Numbered from the stretch's first letter, positions 38,040 through 49,393 are shown. The stretch is DNA of 64,000 nucleotides from Prevotella sp. (GCA_017627765.1 JAGAGD010000095.1:252-64251); one strand, 5' to 3'. The notes: generated by a model not told the origin, from the sequence alone. Made by a program: numbers and translations.

Positions 38040-39947
38040 ATGTCTATCTACCACGACATACTGCATAAGAACTTCGGATATACCGAATTTCGAGGCATTC
38101 AAGAAGAAATCATCGAAAGCATCGGCTCTGGCAACGACACACTGGGGCTGATGCCTACAGGTGGAGGCAAGTCGCTAACCTTTCAGGTGCCAGCACTTGC
38201 CAAAGAAGGTGTGTGCATAGTCGTTACACCTCTCATCGCCTTGATGAAAGACCAAGTGCAACACCTGCGACAAAGGGGAATACAGGCTGCAGCAATCTAT
38301 TCAGGAATGACCCACGACGACATTCTGAAAACACTTGACAACGCTGTACTTGGCGGTGTGAAACTACTCTACGTTTCTCCTGAACGACTTTCTTCTACCA
38401 TCTTTCTCAAGAAAGTCAGCCACATGAATGTTAGCTTTATCGTGGTTGACGAGGCTCACTGCATCAGCCAGTGGGGCTACGATTTCCGTCCGTCTTATCT
38501 TGAAATTGCAAAGATAAGAGACATACTTCCCGACAAACCTGTACTTGCCCTAACGGCTACTGCTACACCTGAGGTTGTTGACGACATTCAGAAACAACTT
38601 GGATTCAGCAAGCCATGCGTCTACAGAATGAGTTTCAAACGCGATAATCTGGCTTATGTCGTAAGGAAATCGTCAGATAAACTGACCACTCTGGTGCATG
38701 TGCTTAAAGCAGTAAGAGGGTCTGCCATTGTATATGTGCGCAGCCGTCGACGCTCAAAGGAAATTTCTGACTATCTGAACAAACAGGAGATTATTTCAAC
38801 ATTCTACCATGCAGGTCTACACAACGCAATAAAAGACCAGCGACAGGATGAATGGCAGAACGATGAGATAAGGGTAATGGTTGCTACTAACGCTTTTGGA
38901 ATGGGTATAGACAAACCCGACGTAAGGTTGGTTGTCCACTACGACATGCCTGATTCGCTTGAAGCCTACTTCCAAGAAGCAGGGCGTGCAGGACGAGACG
39001 GAAAGAAATCGTATGCGCTTTTGCTTTCCGACAGCAGCGACTCAATAACATTGAAGCGCCGTCTGGCAAGCAACTTTCCGCCAAAGACATATATTCAGGA
39101 TGTCTACGAGCATCTTGCTTACTACTATGAAGTGGGTATCGACAGCGGCGCTGGCACAACCTATTTGTTCGACATAGATAAATTCTGCCATGCTTACAAG
39201 TATTTCCCAACTTCTGTTCATTCTGCTTTACAGATTATTGAGCGTGCAGGATACATAGACTATAACTTGTCGCCTGACCAGCGGTCTAAGGTAATGTTTC
39301 TATTGACTCGCTCCCAACTCAACCTGCTCAACCGCACTGCTCCGCATGAGGACTTGGTTATAAAAGCACTGCTGAGAAACTACGGCGGACTCTTTGTTGA
39401 CAAGGTGAACATTGATGAGCATTTTATCGCTGCACAGGCGAATCTTACAGTTGACAACGTATATCAGGTTCTGAAGTCGCTAAGTCATCAGCGAATTATT
39501 AGTTACAGACCACACCGAAATGAACCTTTAATAACTTATACAAGACCGAGAACTGATGGTTGCAAACTGATTATTCCAGAAGATGTCTACGAGAAACGCA
39601 GGCAGCAATTCAGCAATCGCATTGAGCATGTTCTTAAATATGCCAACGACGATGAGCACTGCCGAAGCAGACAACTGCTAGAATATTTTGGCGAAACTGA
39701 CTCTGCCGACTGCATGATTTGTGATGTATGCAACGAGAAATATCATCCAGAGAGAAGGGAAAATGGTATAAAGAATGCAATGAACACAATATTGCAACTG
39801 CTGAATGATGGCAAACGCCACAACATTACCGACATTAATTCTATCTGTCTGCCGCAAAACTATATTGACGAGGCGCTACACCTGCTCATTAATGAAGAAG
39901 AAATAAGCATAGAGGATAGTTTCATTTTTATCAGCCGACACAAATAG
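38040..39947 (+). CDS. recQ: RecQ-family DNA helicase
   Basis: MPTGGGKS, DEAHCISQWGYDFRP, QEAGRAGRDG and the Zn-binding CR...C..CD.C. Confidence 0.93.
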   Translation: MSIYHDILHKNFGYTEFRGIQEEIIESIGSGNDTLGLMPTGGGKSLTFQVPALAKEGVCIVVTPLIALMKDQVQHLRQRGIQAAAIYSGMTHDDILKTLDNAVLGGVKLLYVSPERLSSTIFLKKVSHMNVSFIVVDEAHCISQWGYDFRPSYLEIAKIRDILPDKPVLALTATATPEVVDDIQKQLGFSKPCVYRMSFKRDNLAYVVRKSSDKLTTLVHVLKAVRGSAIVYVRSRRRSKEISDYLNKQEIISTFYHAGLHNAIKDQRQDEWQNDEIRVMVATNAFGMGIDKPDVRLVVHYDMPDSLEAYFQEAGRAGRDGKKSYALLLSDSSDSITLKRRLASNFPPKTYIQDVYEHLAYYYEVGIDSGAGTTYLFDIDKFCHAYKYFPTSVHSALQIIERAGYIDYNLSPDQRSKVMFLLTRSQLNLLNRTAPHEDLVIKALLRNYGGLFVDKVNIDEHFIAAQANLTVDNVYQVLKSLSHQRIISYRPHRNEPLITYTRPRTDGCKLIIPEDVYEKRRQQFSNRIEHVLKYANDDEHCRSRQLLEYFGETDSADCMICDVCNEKYHPERRENGIKNAMNTILQLLNDGKRHNITDINSICLPQNYIDEALHLLINEEEISIEDSFIFISRHK

Positions 39948-39978
39948 ACTATTTATATTTCTTATCAAATTAATACTT

Positions 39979-41076
39979 TTATAAATAGCCTTCAAACTCC
40001 AATTCCAACTCTATAGGCTCGCCAGCCACAAGCGGGATGTTTGCGTTTGGATTAGAAACACTCAGTCCCAACAGGCGTATAGGTCGATTGGTGTAGTCAA
40101 CTTCTCGCATTAACTGTTTTGCAAGAGGCAGTATCTGGTCCTTACTAAGCAGAAAATGGTTTGTAGAAATGCTTCTGGTTATCTGTGCAAAGTCAAAGAA
40201 CTTCACCTTCAGCGTCAGTGTGCGCCCCTTGAAATTGGCTTTATTCAATCGCTCTACAAGTTCGATAACTGTGTGGTATAACTCAATCGTAATAGCAGAC
40301 TTGCTCTTTATATCTTCAAGAAACGTATGCTCACAACCAACAGACTTACGAACATGATTTGGTATAACTTTGCGATTGTCAATGCCTCTAGCAAAATTAT
40401 AGAAGATAAGCCCAGCCTTGCCAAACAGTTCCGTAAGGTGAGCAAGTGAACATTGGCGCAAGTCATAGCCTGTGAAAACGCCTATATAATGCATCTTCTC
40501 TGCCGTTTTCCGCCCAACTCCCCAGAATCGTTCTATCCTTAACTTGTCAATAAACTCTTGTGCTTTGTCGGGATGGATGGTGCAAAGTCCGTCAGGTTTG
40601 CGATAGTCTGATGCAATCTTTGCAAGAAACTTGCAGTAACTCACGCCAGCCGAAGCCGTAAGATTAACTTCGTCTTTAATGCGCTGCTTTATCTCTTTGG
40701 CAATATCTACAGCCAGTTCTATCGACTTTTTATTTTCAGTTACATCAAGAAAAGCCTCATCAAGCGAAAGCGGCTCTACGAGGTCGGTATAACTTAAGAA
40801 TATATCGCGTATCTGCTGCGACACTTCCTTATAGACCTTGAAGCGGCTTGGCACAACAATTAGTTGCGGACAAAGTCGTTTAGCCGTAACCATTGCCTGA
40901 GCAGAATGAACTCCATAGCGACGGGCTTCATAGCTTGCGGTAGAGACAACGCCACGAGGGCCATCGAAACCTACAGCAATAGGTTTGCCACGCAACTCAG
41001 GATTGTCGCGCTGCTCAATACTTGCGAAGTAGCTATCGAGGTCTATGTGTATTATCTTCCGCGTTGTATCTGTCAT
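39979..41076 (-). CDS. dinB: DNA polymerase IV
   Basis: HIDLDSYFASIE, SYEAR, SLDEAFLD and KIASDYRKPDG. Confidence 0.95.
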   Translation of the reverse strand: MTDTTRKIIHIDLDSYFASIEQRDNPELRGKPIAVGFDGPRGVVSTASYEARRYGVHSAQAMVTAKRLCPQLIVVPSRFKVYKEVSQQIRDIFLSYTDLVEPLSLDEAFLDVTENKKSIELAVDIAKEIKQRIKDEVNLTASAGVSYCKFLAKIASDYRKPDGLCTIHPDKAQEFIDKLRIERFWGVGRKTAEKMHYIGVFTGYDLRQCSLAHLTELFGKAGLIFYNFARGIDNRKVIPNHVRKSVGCEHTFLEDIKSKSAITIELYHTVIELVERLNKANFKGRTLTLKVKFFDFAQITRSISTNHFLLSKDQILPLAKQLMREVDYTNRPIRLLGLSVSNPNANIPLVAGEPIELELEFEGYL

Positions 41077-41330
41077 GTGTTATATCTGTATAGTCGTTTC
41101 CTGAAAGATTATCCTGCCAACAACTATGCAAAGTTACATATTTTTATCCTAATATAGAAGAACTGGCGAGCAAAAAGAAAATGCAAGAAAAGCAGCATAA
41201 ACTCATCATGAAATGAAAATAAGATAACAGACAATAAAAGACTTTTTCACTATTTAACAAAAAAAGTTGAATCAAGAGTGTAATAATATCCTATTTTTGG
41301 TGTCTATTAAGTGAAAGAAAAAGAAAACAA

Positions 41331-41864
41331 ATGGAAGACAAAGAACTCGTTGAACAAATACTGAAACACGGCAACTCGCGCTACTACGGCACAATAGTAA
41401 GCCGCTACTCCAGACTTATCTACTCGAAGACACTTCCCATAGTGCGCCGTGACGAGTTGACTCGCGAGGTTGTACAGCAGACCTTTGTCAAGGCTTTCGA
41501 CAGGCTCGACTGCTGGAATGGCAAATCTCTTAGTGCCTGGCTTGTGGCAATAGCAATGCATACAGCCTTGAACATTCTTGACAAAGAGCGCCGACGACGA
41601 GCACACTCCGTTGACGATGTTGACATAGCCGACAACGACAATCACTCTGATGAGCACGAAAACATGCTGCAACGCATGGAGAAAGCCATTGATAAACTGA
41701 AAGATGAAGACAAAACGATTATCCAGTTGCACTATTACAAGCGTATGAAGACTGAGGAAATAGCCAGAAAGACAGGAATGAGTCAGCAGAACATACTTGT
41801 AAAACTGCACCGAATAAGGGAAAAACTAAGAAAGGAACTGATAGATGGAACAGATGAACGATAA
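41331..41864 (+). CDS. ECF RNA polymerase sigma factor
   Basis: Region 2 (EVVQQTFVKAF...WLVAIA) and region 4 (EEIARKTG...KLHRIREKL). Confidence 0.88.
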   Translation: MEDKELVEQILKHGNSRYYGTIVSRYSRLIYSKTLPIVRRDELTREVVQQTFVKAFDRLDCWNGKSLSAWLVAIAMHTALNILDKERRRRAHSVDDVDIADNDNHSDEHENMLQRMEKAIDKLKDEDKTIIQLHYYKRMKTEEIARKTGMSQQNILVKLHRIREKLRKELIDGTDER

Positions 41865-42168
41865 AGAATTTGACAAACTTATTGCTGAGAGTTTTGAGCG
41901 AAACGAAATGCTTGAAGAACTGAACCGCAGCATAATGAAAGACCTTAGGCGAAACATACACCGCCAACGACTACGCCGTTGGGCAAGCATCATCGGGTTT
42001 TCATTTGGTTTTCCTATATTTCTCGTGCTTTATGGATATGCCTCATACAAGATATTCGTAAAATATGAGGGCAATATAGAAATAATGTGTGGATTGATAA
42101 TCACGGTTATAGCAATGATTGCCATTGCATGGAAGGTGGCAAAGGAATTTTCAATAGAACAAGAATAA
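41845..42168 (+). CDS. Small membrane protein, putative anti-sigma factor
   Basis: Overlaps the sigma gene. Soluble N-terminus plus two TM helices. Confidence 0.6.
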   Translation: MEQMNDKEFDKLIAESFERNEMLEELNRSIMKDLRRNIHRQRLRRWASIIGFSFGFPIFLVLYGYASYKIFVKYEGNIEIMCGLIITVIAMIAIAWKVAKEFSIEQE

Positions 42169-42208
42169 CGATAAAAACATATTAAGTTAAACAAAAAAAT
42201 AAAGAGTT

Positions 42209-42610
42209 ATGGATATTACTGAATTATTCGGAGTTATCATGACATTCTCAATTCCTCTAGCAGGTATCATAGGATGGATTATAACAGAAGTAAATGAGAA
42301 AAGAAAACAAGCAGAAATCAGAAGGCTGATCATAGAAAGCAACATAGATGACAACGAAAGGATTAAGCTGCTGATAGACAAGAGAACAAAGAAAAGCAGC
42401 ACTTACGGTTCACTGCGTGCTGGTTGCATATTGCTTGGACTCGGTCTTGGCGTAGCCATTACTTACTTATGCGATATGGCAATAAATGATACATTTTTCA
42501 TCACAATGGCCGCAACAGGCATCGGTTTCGGACTCATTGTCTCATTCATCATCGAACAAAAACTGGAGAAGAAAAGAAAAGAAAGCGAAAGAAATGCTGA
42601 AAACGAATAA
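42209..42610 (+). CDS. Membrane protein (DUF6249-like)
   Basis: Three TM segments with SLRAGCILLGLGLG, in an ECF-associated context. Confidence 0.6.
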   Translation: MDITELFGVIMTFSIPLAGIIGWIITEVNEKRKQAEIRRLIIESNIDDNERIKLLIDKRTKKSSTYGSLRAGCILLGLGLGVAITYLCDMAINDTFFITMAATGIGFGLIVSFIIEQKLEKKRKESERNAENE

Positions 42611-42634
42611 CCTCTATCCTAAAGTTGTTGTCAC

Positions 42635-42680
42635 AATAAAAAGGATGGTTCTGCAAAATGCGAACCATCCTTTTTATTTT
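42635..42680. terminator. Bidirectional terminator between the ECF module and the glm operon
   Basis: ATAAAAAGGATGGTTC...GAACCATCCTTTTTAT between convergent genes. Confidence 0.85.
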
Positions 42681-42772
42681 ATTTAGTCTTAAACAACTTG
42701 CTAATCCATAAGTTCACAAGTTAAAAAATAAAGAACTCATTAACTTGAGAACTTATAAACTCAAGAACTAAC

Positions 42773-43093
42773 TTAGAATTCAACTTCCATACCCATCAGA
42801 GGAGCATGCTGCTGAGCACCATAAACATCGGTCTCACCAAGAGCACCTGAAGGGATAGGACGACGAATTGTAATCTTAACAGCCTTAGCAGGATCGAAAT
42901 ATACAAGGTGGAAGATGTTCTCAACAGGAATACCGTAGAGTTTAGCAAAGCCTTCCTTTGTAATAGACTGTGCTGCTTTCACCTTTCCGTATGTCTCAAA
43001 ATCCTTGAAAATCACATCGAATGTGAGTTCATAAGGACCACTATTCTTGCTACGGATAACCGAAGCAAGTTCTATCAACTTATGTTTTTCCAT
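42773..43093 (-). CDS. DUF4387 protein (small partner of AtuA-like protein)
   Basis: VIRSKNSGPYELTFDVIF and DVYGAQQHAPL signature. Confidence 0.85.
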   Translation of the reverse strand: MEKHKLIELASVIRSKNSGPYELTFDVIFKDFETYGKVKAAQSITKEGFAKLYGIPVENIFHLVYFDPAKAVKITIRRPIPSGALGETDVYGAQQHAPLMGMEVEF

Positions 43094-43134
43094 TTTAAAG
43101 TTTCCTTTTACCTTTTAGTTTTTAACCTTTTAGC

Positions 43135-44508
43135 TTAAAACTCCATGTAAGTGATTGGGAATGGAGCACAAGTATCGTCAATACGCATGAGGTGATAAAC
43201 ATTAAACTCGTATACAGCACCCATCTTGCAATCGCTTGGAGAGAATGGGAACGCAAGGTTTCCTGCGGTAGAGATACGTCCCTCATATCCGTAGTGAAGC
43301 ATTGTTGAACGAGCAAAGCCACAGATTGTGTTTGCCTCTTCCTGTGTAGGAGCAACAGCCTCAATGATAATCAGCAATTCATCGCTTGCAGAATCTGGAG
43401 TCTCTGGGAACATGTGCATAACACCCTTCTTGCCGTAAATCTTGAAGTCAAGATAGAAGTCCTTCAAACCTGAGTTACGGAAGTTGTCCTCAACACGCTC
43501 GCGTACTTTTTCAACGATTGTGTCAATCTGGCTAATCATGACAGGGTCGTGAGTAGCTGCTGGTGACATTGTACGATAACCTACGCGACGAACACCTTCG
43601 AGTTTAACATAATACTGCTCTGTTGGAACAAACTTAGTTCCGCTAACCTCTACCTGAGTATCACTCAACTGGTTGAACTTAGTCTCGTGAAGATCAAGAG
43701 CACCACCAGGACCTGGGAGGAAGTAAGGGTTAGACTTCTCGTAAAGTGAGTGAGCAGCAACAGAAAGTGCTGTACACTTACGGATTGGGTTCAATGGTTC
43801 AACAACAAAGCTGTCCTCCTTCAATGTACCCATCATGCAGTCGCTACCACTACCTGGAAGTGCTGTGATAGCAGCACATTCAAGAATCTTACCCATGTGG
43901 ATAGCAAGAGCCTTGTTGAAGCCACGGCTGATAGCAAGTGCTGAGAACTCGCATGGGTCGTAGCTACGACCAGCAAGGATAACCTGAGCACCGCCTTCGA
44001 GAGCCTTGATATAAGGTTCCTCACCCATCTGAGCAACGATATGGATAGAGTCGTCAACATCTTTCTCTGTAAGTTCTGGAACAGGACCAAGAGGCTCGAT
44101 GTCGCCCTTGCGAATCTTTTCCTTGATGTAGTCCTTTTCAAACTCAGACTCTATGACAGCCATCTTGAAGTGGAGATTCTTCTCAGCAACGATTTCCTTG
44201 ATGATGCCAACAGTCTCTTCAACATGTGGGTGAGCACCGCTACCACCAGCAGTACCAATCATTACAGGTATACCAGCTTCGAGAGCAGCAGGAATCATGA
44301 TTGAAAGGTCGCGCTTTACAGCGTTTCTGTCTGTAAATGAATAACCTGCACCAAGATAGTATGGTCCTGGATCAGTAGAACCAGCATCGCAGGCAATCAC
44401 GTCTGGTTTACGACGCATACCCTCTCGGAATGACTCTTCTGGGAAACCATATCCGAGAATAGCAGTAGGCGACAAGACGCGTATTTCTTTCTTATTTTCT
44501 GTATTCAT
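43135..44508 (-). CDS. Acyclic terpene utilization AtuA-family (DUF1446-like) protein
   Basis: LGYGF, DAGSTDPGPYYLG, AGRSYDP, HMGKILECA, AHSLYEK and TAGNLAFPFSP. Confidence 0.85.
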   Translation of the reverse strand: MNTENKKEIRVLSPTAILGYGFPEESFREGMRRKPDVIACDAGSTDPGPYYLGAGYSFTDRNAVKRDLSIMIPAALEAGIPVMIGTAGGSGAHPHVEETVGIIKEIVAEKNLHFKMAVIESEFEKDYIKEKIRKGDIEPLGPVPELTEKDVDDSIHIVAQMGEEPYIKALEGGAQVILAGRSYDPCEFSALAISRGFNKALAIHMGKILECAAITALPGSGSDCMMGTLKEDSFVVEPLNPIRKCTALSVAAHSLYEKSNPYFLPGPGGALDLHETKFNQLSDTQVEVSGTKFVPTEQYYVKLEGVRRVGYRTMSPAATHDPVMISQIDTIVEKVRERVEDNFRNSGLKDFYLDFKIYGKKGVMHMFPETPDSASDELLIIIEAVAPTQEEANTICGFARSTMLHYGYEGRISTAGNLAFPFSPSDCKMGAVYEFNVYHLMRIDDTCAPFPITYMEF

Positions 44509-44651
44509 TGCTTATTATGTTTTTATTTTTATAAGCCGTATAGGTCTTATATGACTTATAAGCCAGATAAGACCTACCGACAAAATTGTAAATTATCAAT
44601 TGCAATTAACAATATAACAATCAACTGTCAATTATCAACAATCAATTAGAA

Positions 44652-45899
44652 TTAGAGACCAGCCTTGCGCAAAGCCAAGATACGAGACATTTCGTTGAAG
44701 ACAATCATGTAGCCTTCGTCAACACCCATACCAGGTTTAGCAAGATACTGCTTTGGCTGTGTAGCCATTGCAACGTGTGCACCTACTTCAGCAGAACGGT
44801 TTGTTTCGTTACATGTACCGCCTAAGTAAGCGCCCATGCCATGTTCGCGGCAATAGAGAACAGCTTCGATAGAGTTGTTGATACCACCGAGGTCTGGGGT
44901 CTTAATCTGAGCCATGTGACCAGCCTTAGCCTTTGTGAAATCTACAACATCCTCGAATGTGTTACACCACTCGTCAGCAACGATTTCTGCATCAGTTCCC
45001 ATCTCTTCCATGTAGCGGCGGATAGTAGCAAGTGCTTCTATCTGAGCCTGCTTCTCGCCCATGTCAACTGGACCTTCAATGCGGAGGTGGAATGGCTGAG
45101 CCTTCTTAGCAAGACCAGTGATATACTCTGCGATGCGCTTGAAGTCGTTGTTGAAAACAAGACCTAATGTACCATATACGTCGATATGGAAGATTGGGTT
45201 GTAATCCTCACGAGGCTTCTTTTCGAGGATGCGGTCGCGGAGCCACTCAACGTATGCTTCCAGTTTTTCGCCATTAACACCAGTCTTATCTTCTACATGG
45301 TTGAAAAGAGCGTGAGGCAGAACTGCAGCAGCCTTCATAATCATCTTGTCAGCATTCATATAGCGGTCGTCGCCAGACTGTGTGAAGATAGGAATCATGG
45401 TGTCGCTAACCTGTGTACCATATTCAGCAGCGATAACTTCAGCCATGAGCTTGTTCTGGCTCTTAGCAACGGCATCAAGACAAGCCTGTGTTACACCATA
45501 GCGGATTGCTGTGTGATAAACCTTGCCAGTAGAAGGAGAGACCATCTTGTCAACGATGTCAGCCATGTCGCGGAAGTTTGTAATCTCTAAACCTTCATAC
45601 TTTGGTGCGATTTCCTTTTCTATTACAGGAATGAAGTTCTCTGCGAGGAACAATGGGTCGCGGCCACCTGCGCCAGAATACTGAACAGCAGCGCAGTCGC
45701 CATAAGCGATTTGTCCGTCTTCGAGGATAAACATTACAGAAATAGACTCACCCATCTGACGAACAGAAGTGAAGCCAGGAGTCATTGGTTCACCTACATA
45801 GAAGTTTCCGTCATTCTTTGCACCAGCCTTAATGGCTTTTTGGTCATCGAAAAAGAATCCAGTCTTTCCCGCTGAGCAAACAACTTTCTTGATTTTCAT
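44652..45899 (-). CDS. mal: Methylaspartate ammonia-lyase
   Basis: GFFFDDQKAIK, GDCAAVQYSGAGGRDP, HIDVYG, VADEWCNT, QIKTPDLG and KPGMGVDEG. Confidence 0.96.
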   Translation of the reverse strand: MKIKKVVCSAGKTGFFFDDQKAIKAGAKNDGNFYVGEPMTPGFTSVRQMGESISVMFILEDGQIAYGDCAAVQYSGAGGRDPLFLAENFIPVIEKEIAPKYEGLEITNFRDMADIVDKMVSPSTGKVYHTAIRYGVTQACLDAVAKSQNKLMAEVIAAEYGTQVSDTMIPIFTQSGDDRYMNADKMIMKAAAVLPHALFNHVEDKTGVNGEKLEAYVEWLRDRILEKKPREDYNPIFHIDVYGTLGLVFNNDFKRIAEYITGLAKKAQPFHLRIEGPVDMGEKQAQIEALATIRRYMEEMGTDAEIVADEWCNTFEDVVDFTKAKAGHMAQIKTPDLGGINNSIEAVLYCREHGMGAYLGGTCNETNRSAEVGAHVAMATQPKQYLAKPGMGVDEGYMIVFNEMSRILALRKAGL

Positions 45900-45990
45900 T
45901 GTTTTTTTGTTTATATATTGATATTTATTTTGAATGTATCATTTACAAACTGCGCACTATGAATGCAGACTTTGCGCTACTTGCAGCGGA

Positions 45991-47469
45991 TTATGCGTGT
46001 GGCATGAGCTCTGTTTCAGGACGTCCAACGAGGAAGCCCTTCTCTATTGCGCTAACGTCGTCGATAACCATTTGCAGTGAAACGCTGCGGTTTTCGAACT
46101 TAGCACGTTCTTCAAGTTTAGCGCGATGGAATGCCTTCAAGTCTTCTGACAATGGGAGGTTGCCCATTTCGAGGATGCGGATAGCACCATCATTGTCGCG
46201 TGCAGGAAGTACCTTACCTGCGTTATTGCGGTTAGGAGCAAATGGAATATCAAGCACTCCAGACTCGAAACCTGCCACAGTACCTATAGCGATGTCGCCG
46301 TGTCCGAGTTCTTCAACCTTGTCTAAGATGCACTTAACCTCTTCTTCTATGATTCCACTCTCTTTGACAACGAGAGGAATGTTGCGCAAGTCTTGGTCGC
46401 GAAGCATTGAGATAACTTGCTTTGTATCTTTCAGACCAGCAGCATTTGCTTCCTTAGTAGGCACACCGTAAGCCTCATGTGGAGTCTTCACAATAACCTT
46501 TGTTGCTTTTGACAGAGCAGCAGCAGCAGCACCCCATGCGATTACGCCGAATGCCTTAGCCTCATCCTGTGGGAAACCACCCATCCACTGGTGGAACACA
46601 GTTGTAACGCGAACATCGTCGAATCCGTACTTGTGGAGATACTGACGTGTCTGATGCAGCAATGCACGCATAGCAGCAACGTCTTGAATAAGGTTACCAC
46701 ACTGTCCGTAACCTACAGTAATATCCTTAACACCCTGAGTAGCAGCGAGAAGAGCCTCGATGATAGCAACAGAGTTAGAGATACATGGAGGAATAAGCGT
46801 ACCAGTAAGAGGACCGAATGGTTCGCGGTTGATGCTTACGCCAGCCTCTTCATACATTCCGACAAGGCGGTCGGTGTACTGCCAGTACTTAATAGTCTTT
46901 TCGATAGAGTGGTTCTTAGAATAAGGGATATTGTAAGAGATACCACCACCCTCGTAAGAAGTGAAACCACCAGCAATAGCAATTTCAGTAAGCAGACGTG
47001 CATCAGGCGTTCCGTGACGGACCTGAACAGGACTCTTAACTGCTGAAGTAACCATGCGGCATACCTTTGCACCGTAGTTTACGGCTGGAAAACCGTTAAG
47101 CATAGAACGTCCTGACTGCTGGCTCTTTTCGATACCAACCTGGCATTCGTTGTAGCGGTTCAGACGGGTGTAGCTGTCGATTGTTGTTGGCAACAGGTCT
47201 GCCCCACCCTCATTCTCAAGGTGTTGCAGCAGTTGGATGTGCTCCTGATAAAGAGCCACACCAGCACGAGGCTGAATGAGTGTAACCCCTTCTTTGTCTG
47301 CCTTTGCCAATTTGGCACCGAAGCGTTTTTCTTCTGGTATAGACTTCTGATAGTCTACTGCTTCCTGGAAATCAATATCAGCACCCGTAGGCCATTGCTG
47401 AAGTACTTCTTTGCGCTCAGCCATGAAGTCGGCTTCAGATATGCGCTGGTTTTTCAGTTCTAATTCCAT
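45991..47469 (-). CDS. glmE: Glutamate (methylaspartate) mutase epsilon subunit
   Basis: [45 protein letters not shown] and HQWMGGFP. Confidence 0.96.
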   Translation of the reverse strand: MELELKNQRISEADFMAERKEVLQQWPTGADIDFQEAVDYQKSIPEEKRFGAKLAKADKEGVTLIQPRAGVALYQEHIQLLQHLENEGGADLLPTTIDSYTRLNRYNECQVGIEKSQQSGRSMLNGFPAVNYGAKVCRMVTSAVKSPVQVRHGTPDARLLTEIAIAGGFTSYEGGGISYNIPYSKNHSIEKTIKYWQYTDRLVGMYEEAGVSINREPFGPLTGTLIPPCISNSVAIIEALLAATQGVKDITVGYGQCGNLIQDVAAMRALLHQTRQYLHKYGFDDVRVTTVFHQWMGGFPQDEAKAFGVIAWGAAAAALSKATKVIVKTPHEAYGVPTKEANAAGLKDTKQVISMLRDQDLRNIPLVVKESGIIEEEVKCILDKVEELGHGDIAIGTVAGFESGVLDIPFAPNRNNAGKVLPARDNDGAIRILEMGNLPLSEDLKAFHRAKLEERAKFENRSVSLQMVIDDVSAIEKGFLVGRPETELMPHA

Positions 47470-47556
47470 TTCTGATGATATTATTATTGTATAAGTTTAT
47501 ATTCTGATATATTTATAATGTATATGTACCTAATATTATACATTATTAGACCTTAT

Positions 47557-48954
47557 CTATTTGTCTATTTCTACTGTTTCTTTCTTAATAAGTTCGAATG
47601 CCAGTTCTCTGTCGGTCATGCTGAGAAGTCCCATTGCGGCATATATGTATCGCTGGTCAAGATAGAACTTAGGGCTGCGCGGCTTGGTGCAGCCTGCATG
47701 GCGCACATCGTAGAGACTGCCTTTCAGAATCTCCTTTGGATGTCGGCTGTTTCTGACGACTCCACCTATTCCAATAACCATCGGCACGTTCATGAGGTCT
47801 TTGCCCTCAAGTGTATGCATCAGTCCGAATGGAGTATATACGTCTTCCATTCTTCCACAATGGCGCTCAACGGCTATTGCTACGGCTGTCCGTCCGAGAT
47901 ATTCTTCTATTTTCTCCTCTTCGCTGTCGGGCATTGCCAATGTGTCTGGCTTTTCCGAACACAAGTCAACCCACGCTCCAACCTTCTCTACAGGGATAGT
48001 TGTAGGCTGCGGAGCAACATTGAGTTGTTCAAAGACATGACGCAGACTATAGCGCATGCCTAAGTCGCCTTCAACGGTTCGCTTGCTCCAAGGCTCAGGC
48101 AGTCCTTTTGTCATGGTACTGTCAACGGTAGGTTCACCGCTTGCCATAGAGTAGACATCTGTTGTGGCTCCGCCTATATCAACGGCAAGCAAGTCGCCAA
48201 CTCCTTCCTGAGTATCAGTACCCTTAGAGAGAAGTTCGCAAGCCTGAAGCACCGCCAGCGGTGTAGGAATAATCTTGTGGGGAGTCATCGACTGCAGACG
48301 ATTGAGCCCTTTAGCCTCGATGATGCGCGAAATGAACATGTTGCGTATTGCATCGCGGGCTGGCTCAATGTTGAGTCGGTTAAACTCAGGCATGACGTTC
48401 TCGGTAATAACAAAACTCTTGCCTGCTTCAGTAAATATTTCTCTGATTTCGTCGGTTGCGCTCTTATTTCCTGCAACGATGGTTGTGAAGTCGCGATCTA
48501 TGTTGCACAGTCTTTTGGCATTAGCAATGATAACTTCCTTGTTGCCGCCATCGGTGCCGCCACACAGCAAGACGAGGTCGGGATTTATGTCGTAAATCTC
48601 TCGTTCCTCGTCGCCGCTAATCTCGTATGCATAGGTTTTCATCACCTTTGCTCCAGCATTTGAAGCCGCCGTGCGGGCAGCCTTAGCCGTGAGGTCAGGC
48701 ACGAGTCCCAGTGCAACCATCTTCAATCCGCCTGCGGCAGAACTACAAACCAGCAACTGGTCGTACTTAAAGCCTGCACATGGGTTATCCGTCCGCTCTT
48801 CGGTGAGCAGACGGAATGCGTTTTCGAAACCGACCATTACATCGGTCTCAATAGTTGTAAACGACTGAGCTGTTGAGAGAATTTCGTGACGTTCACTATC
48901 AATTGCAGTCAACTTTGTATATGTACTACCAACGTCAACCGTTAAGATTTTCAT
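47557..48954 (-). CDS. glmL: Glutamate mutase accessory/reactivation protein GlmL (MutL)
   Basis: DVGSTYTK, CSSAAGGLKM, GGTDGG, DIGGATTDVYS and RTVEGDLGMR. Confidence 0.93.
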   Translation of the reverse strand: MKILTVDVGSTYTKLTAIDSERHEILSTAQSFTTIETDVMVGFENAFRLLTEERTDNPCAGFKYDQLLVCSSAAGGLKMVALGLVPDLTAKAARTAASNAGAKVMKTYAYEISGDEEREIYDINPDLVLLCGGTDGGNKEVIIANAKRLCNIDRDFTTIVAGNKSATDEIREIFTEAGKSFVITENVMPEFNRLNIEPARDAIRNMFISRIIEAKGLNRLQSMTPHKIIPTPLAVLQACELLSKGTDTQEGVGDLLAVDIGGATTDVYSMASGEPTVDSTMTKGLPEPWSKRTVEGDLGMRYSLRHVFEQLNVAPQPTTIPVEKVGAWVDLCSEKPDTLAMPDSEEEKIEEYLGRTAVAIAVERHCGRMEDVYTPFGLMHTLEGKDLMNVPMVIGIGGVVRNSRHPKEILKGSLYDVRHAGCTKPRSPKFYLDQRYIYAAMGLLSMTDRELAFELIKKETVEIDK

Positions 48955-48979
48955 AGAAGAATTTAATGACTTAGTTTAA

Positions 48980-49393
48980 TCAGTCTATTTTCAAAACGTG
49001 TTTCAAATCTACAATAGTATGCTCGATTGGTGTGCTTGGAGGATAAACGAAGTCGAAGCCCATCTGCTCGAAACGAGCCTTAACGTCGTCGAAGTTCTGC
49101 TTACCAACAACAAGGTTTCCGCCAACGAAGAGTGGAATACCCTTCAGGCCAGCCTCGTCACACTTCTGACGCATACCCATGCAGTCAATTTCGCCGTGTC
49201 CGTACAGCGAAGAAACAAGAATAGCATCAGCCTTTGTCTCTATGGCTGCCTCAATAAACTCTTCTTGCGAAACCATAACTCCGAGATTGATTACTTTAAA
49301 TCCCGAATTCTGCAATGTCAGATCTATAATCTTATTACCTACAGCATGTGCATCGGCGCCTATAACGCCTATTACAACAGTCTTTTTTTCCAT
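48980..49393 (-). CDS. glmS: Glutamate mutase sigma (B12-binding) subunit
   Basis: DAHAVG (DxHxxG), SSLYGHG and VGGN B12-binding motifs. Equivalent to mamA/mutS, not glucosamine synthase. Confidence 0.95.
   Translation of the reverse strand: MEKKTVVIGVIGADAHAVGNKIIDLTLQNSGFKVINLGVMVSQEEFIEAAIETKADAILVSSLYGHGEIDCMGMRQKCDEAGLKGIPLFVGGNLVVGKQNFDDVKARFEQMGFDFVYPPSTPIEHTIVDLKHVLKID

Noticed and set aside
36286-41076. recJ-recQ-dinB cluster as a defence or mutagenesis island
   Set aside because: Ordinary housekeeping genes. dinB is convergent and separately promoted, and there are no accessory genes.
47557-49393. mutL/mutS or glmS names implying mismatch repair or glucosamine synthesis
   Set aside because: Name collision only. 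The motifs identify glutamate mutase components.
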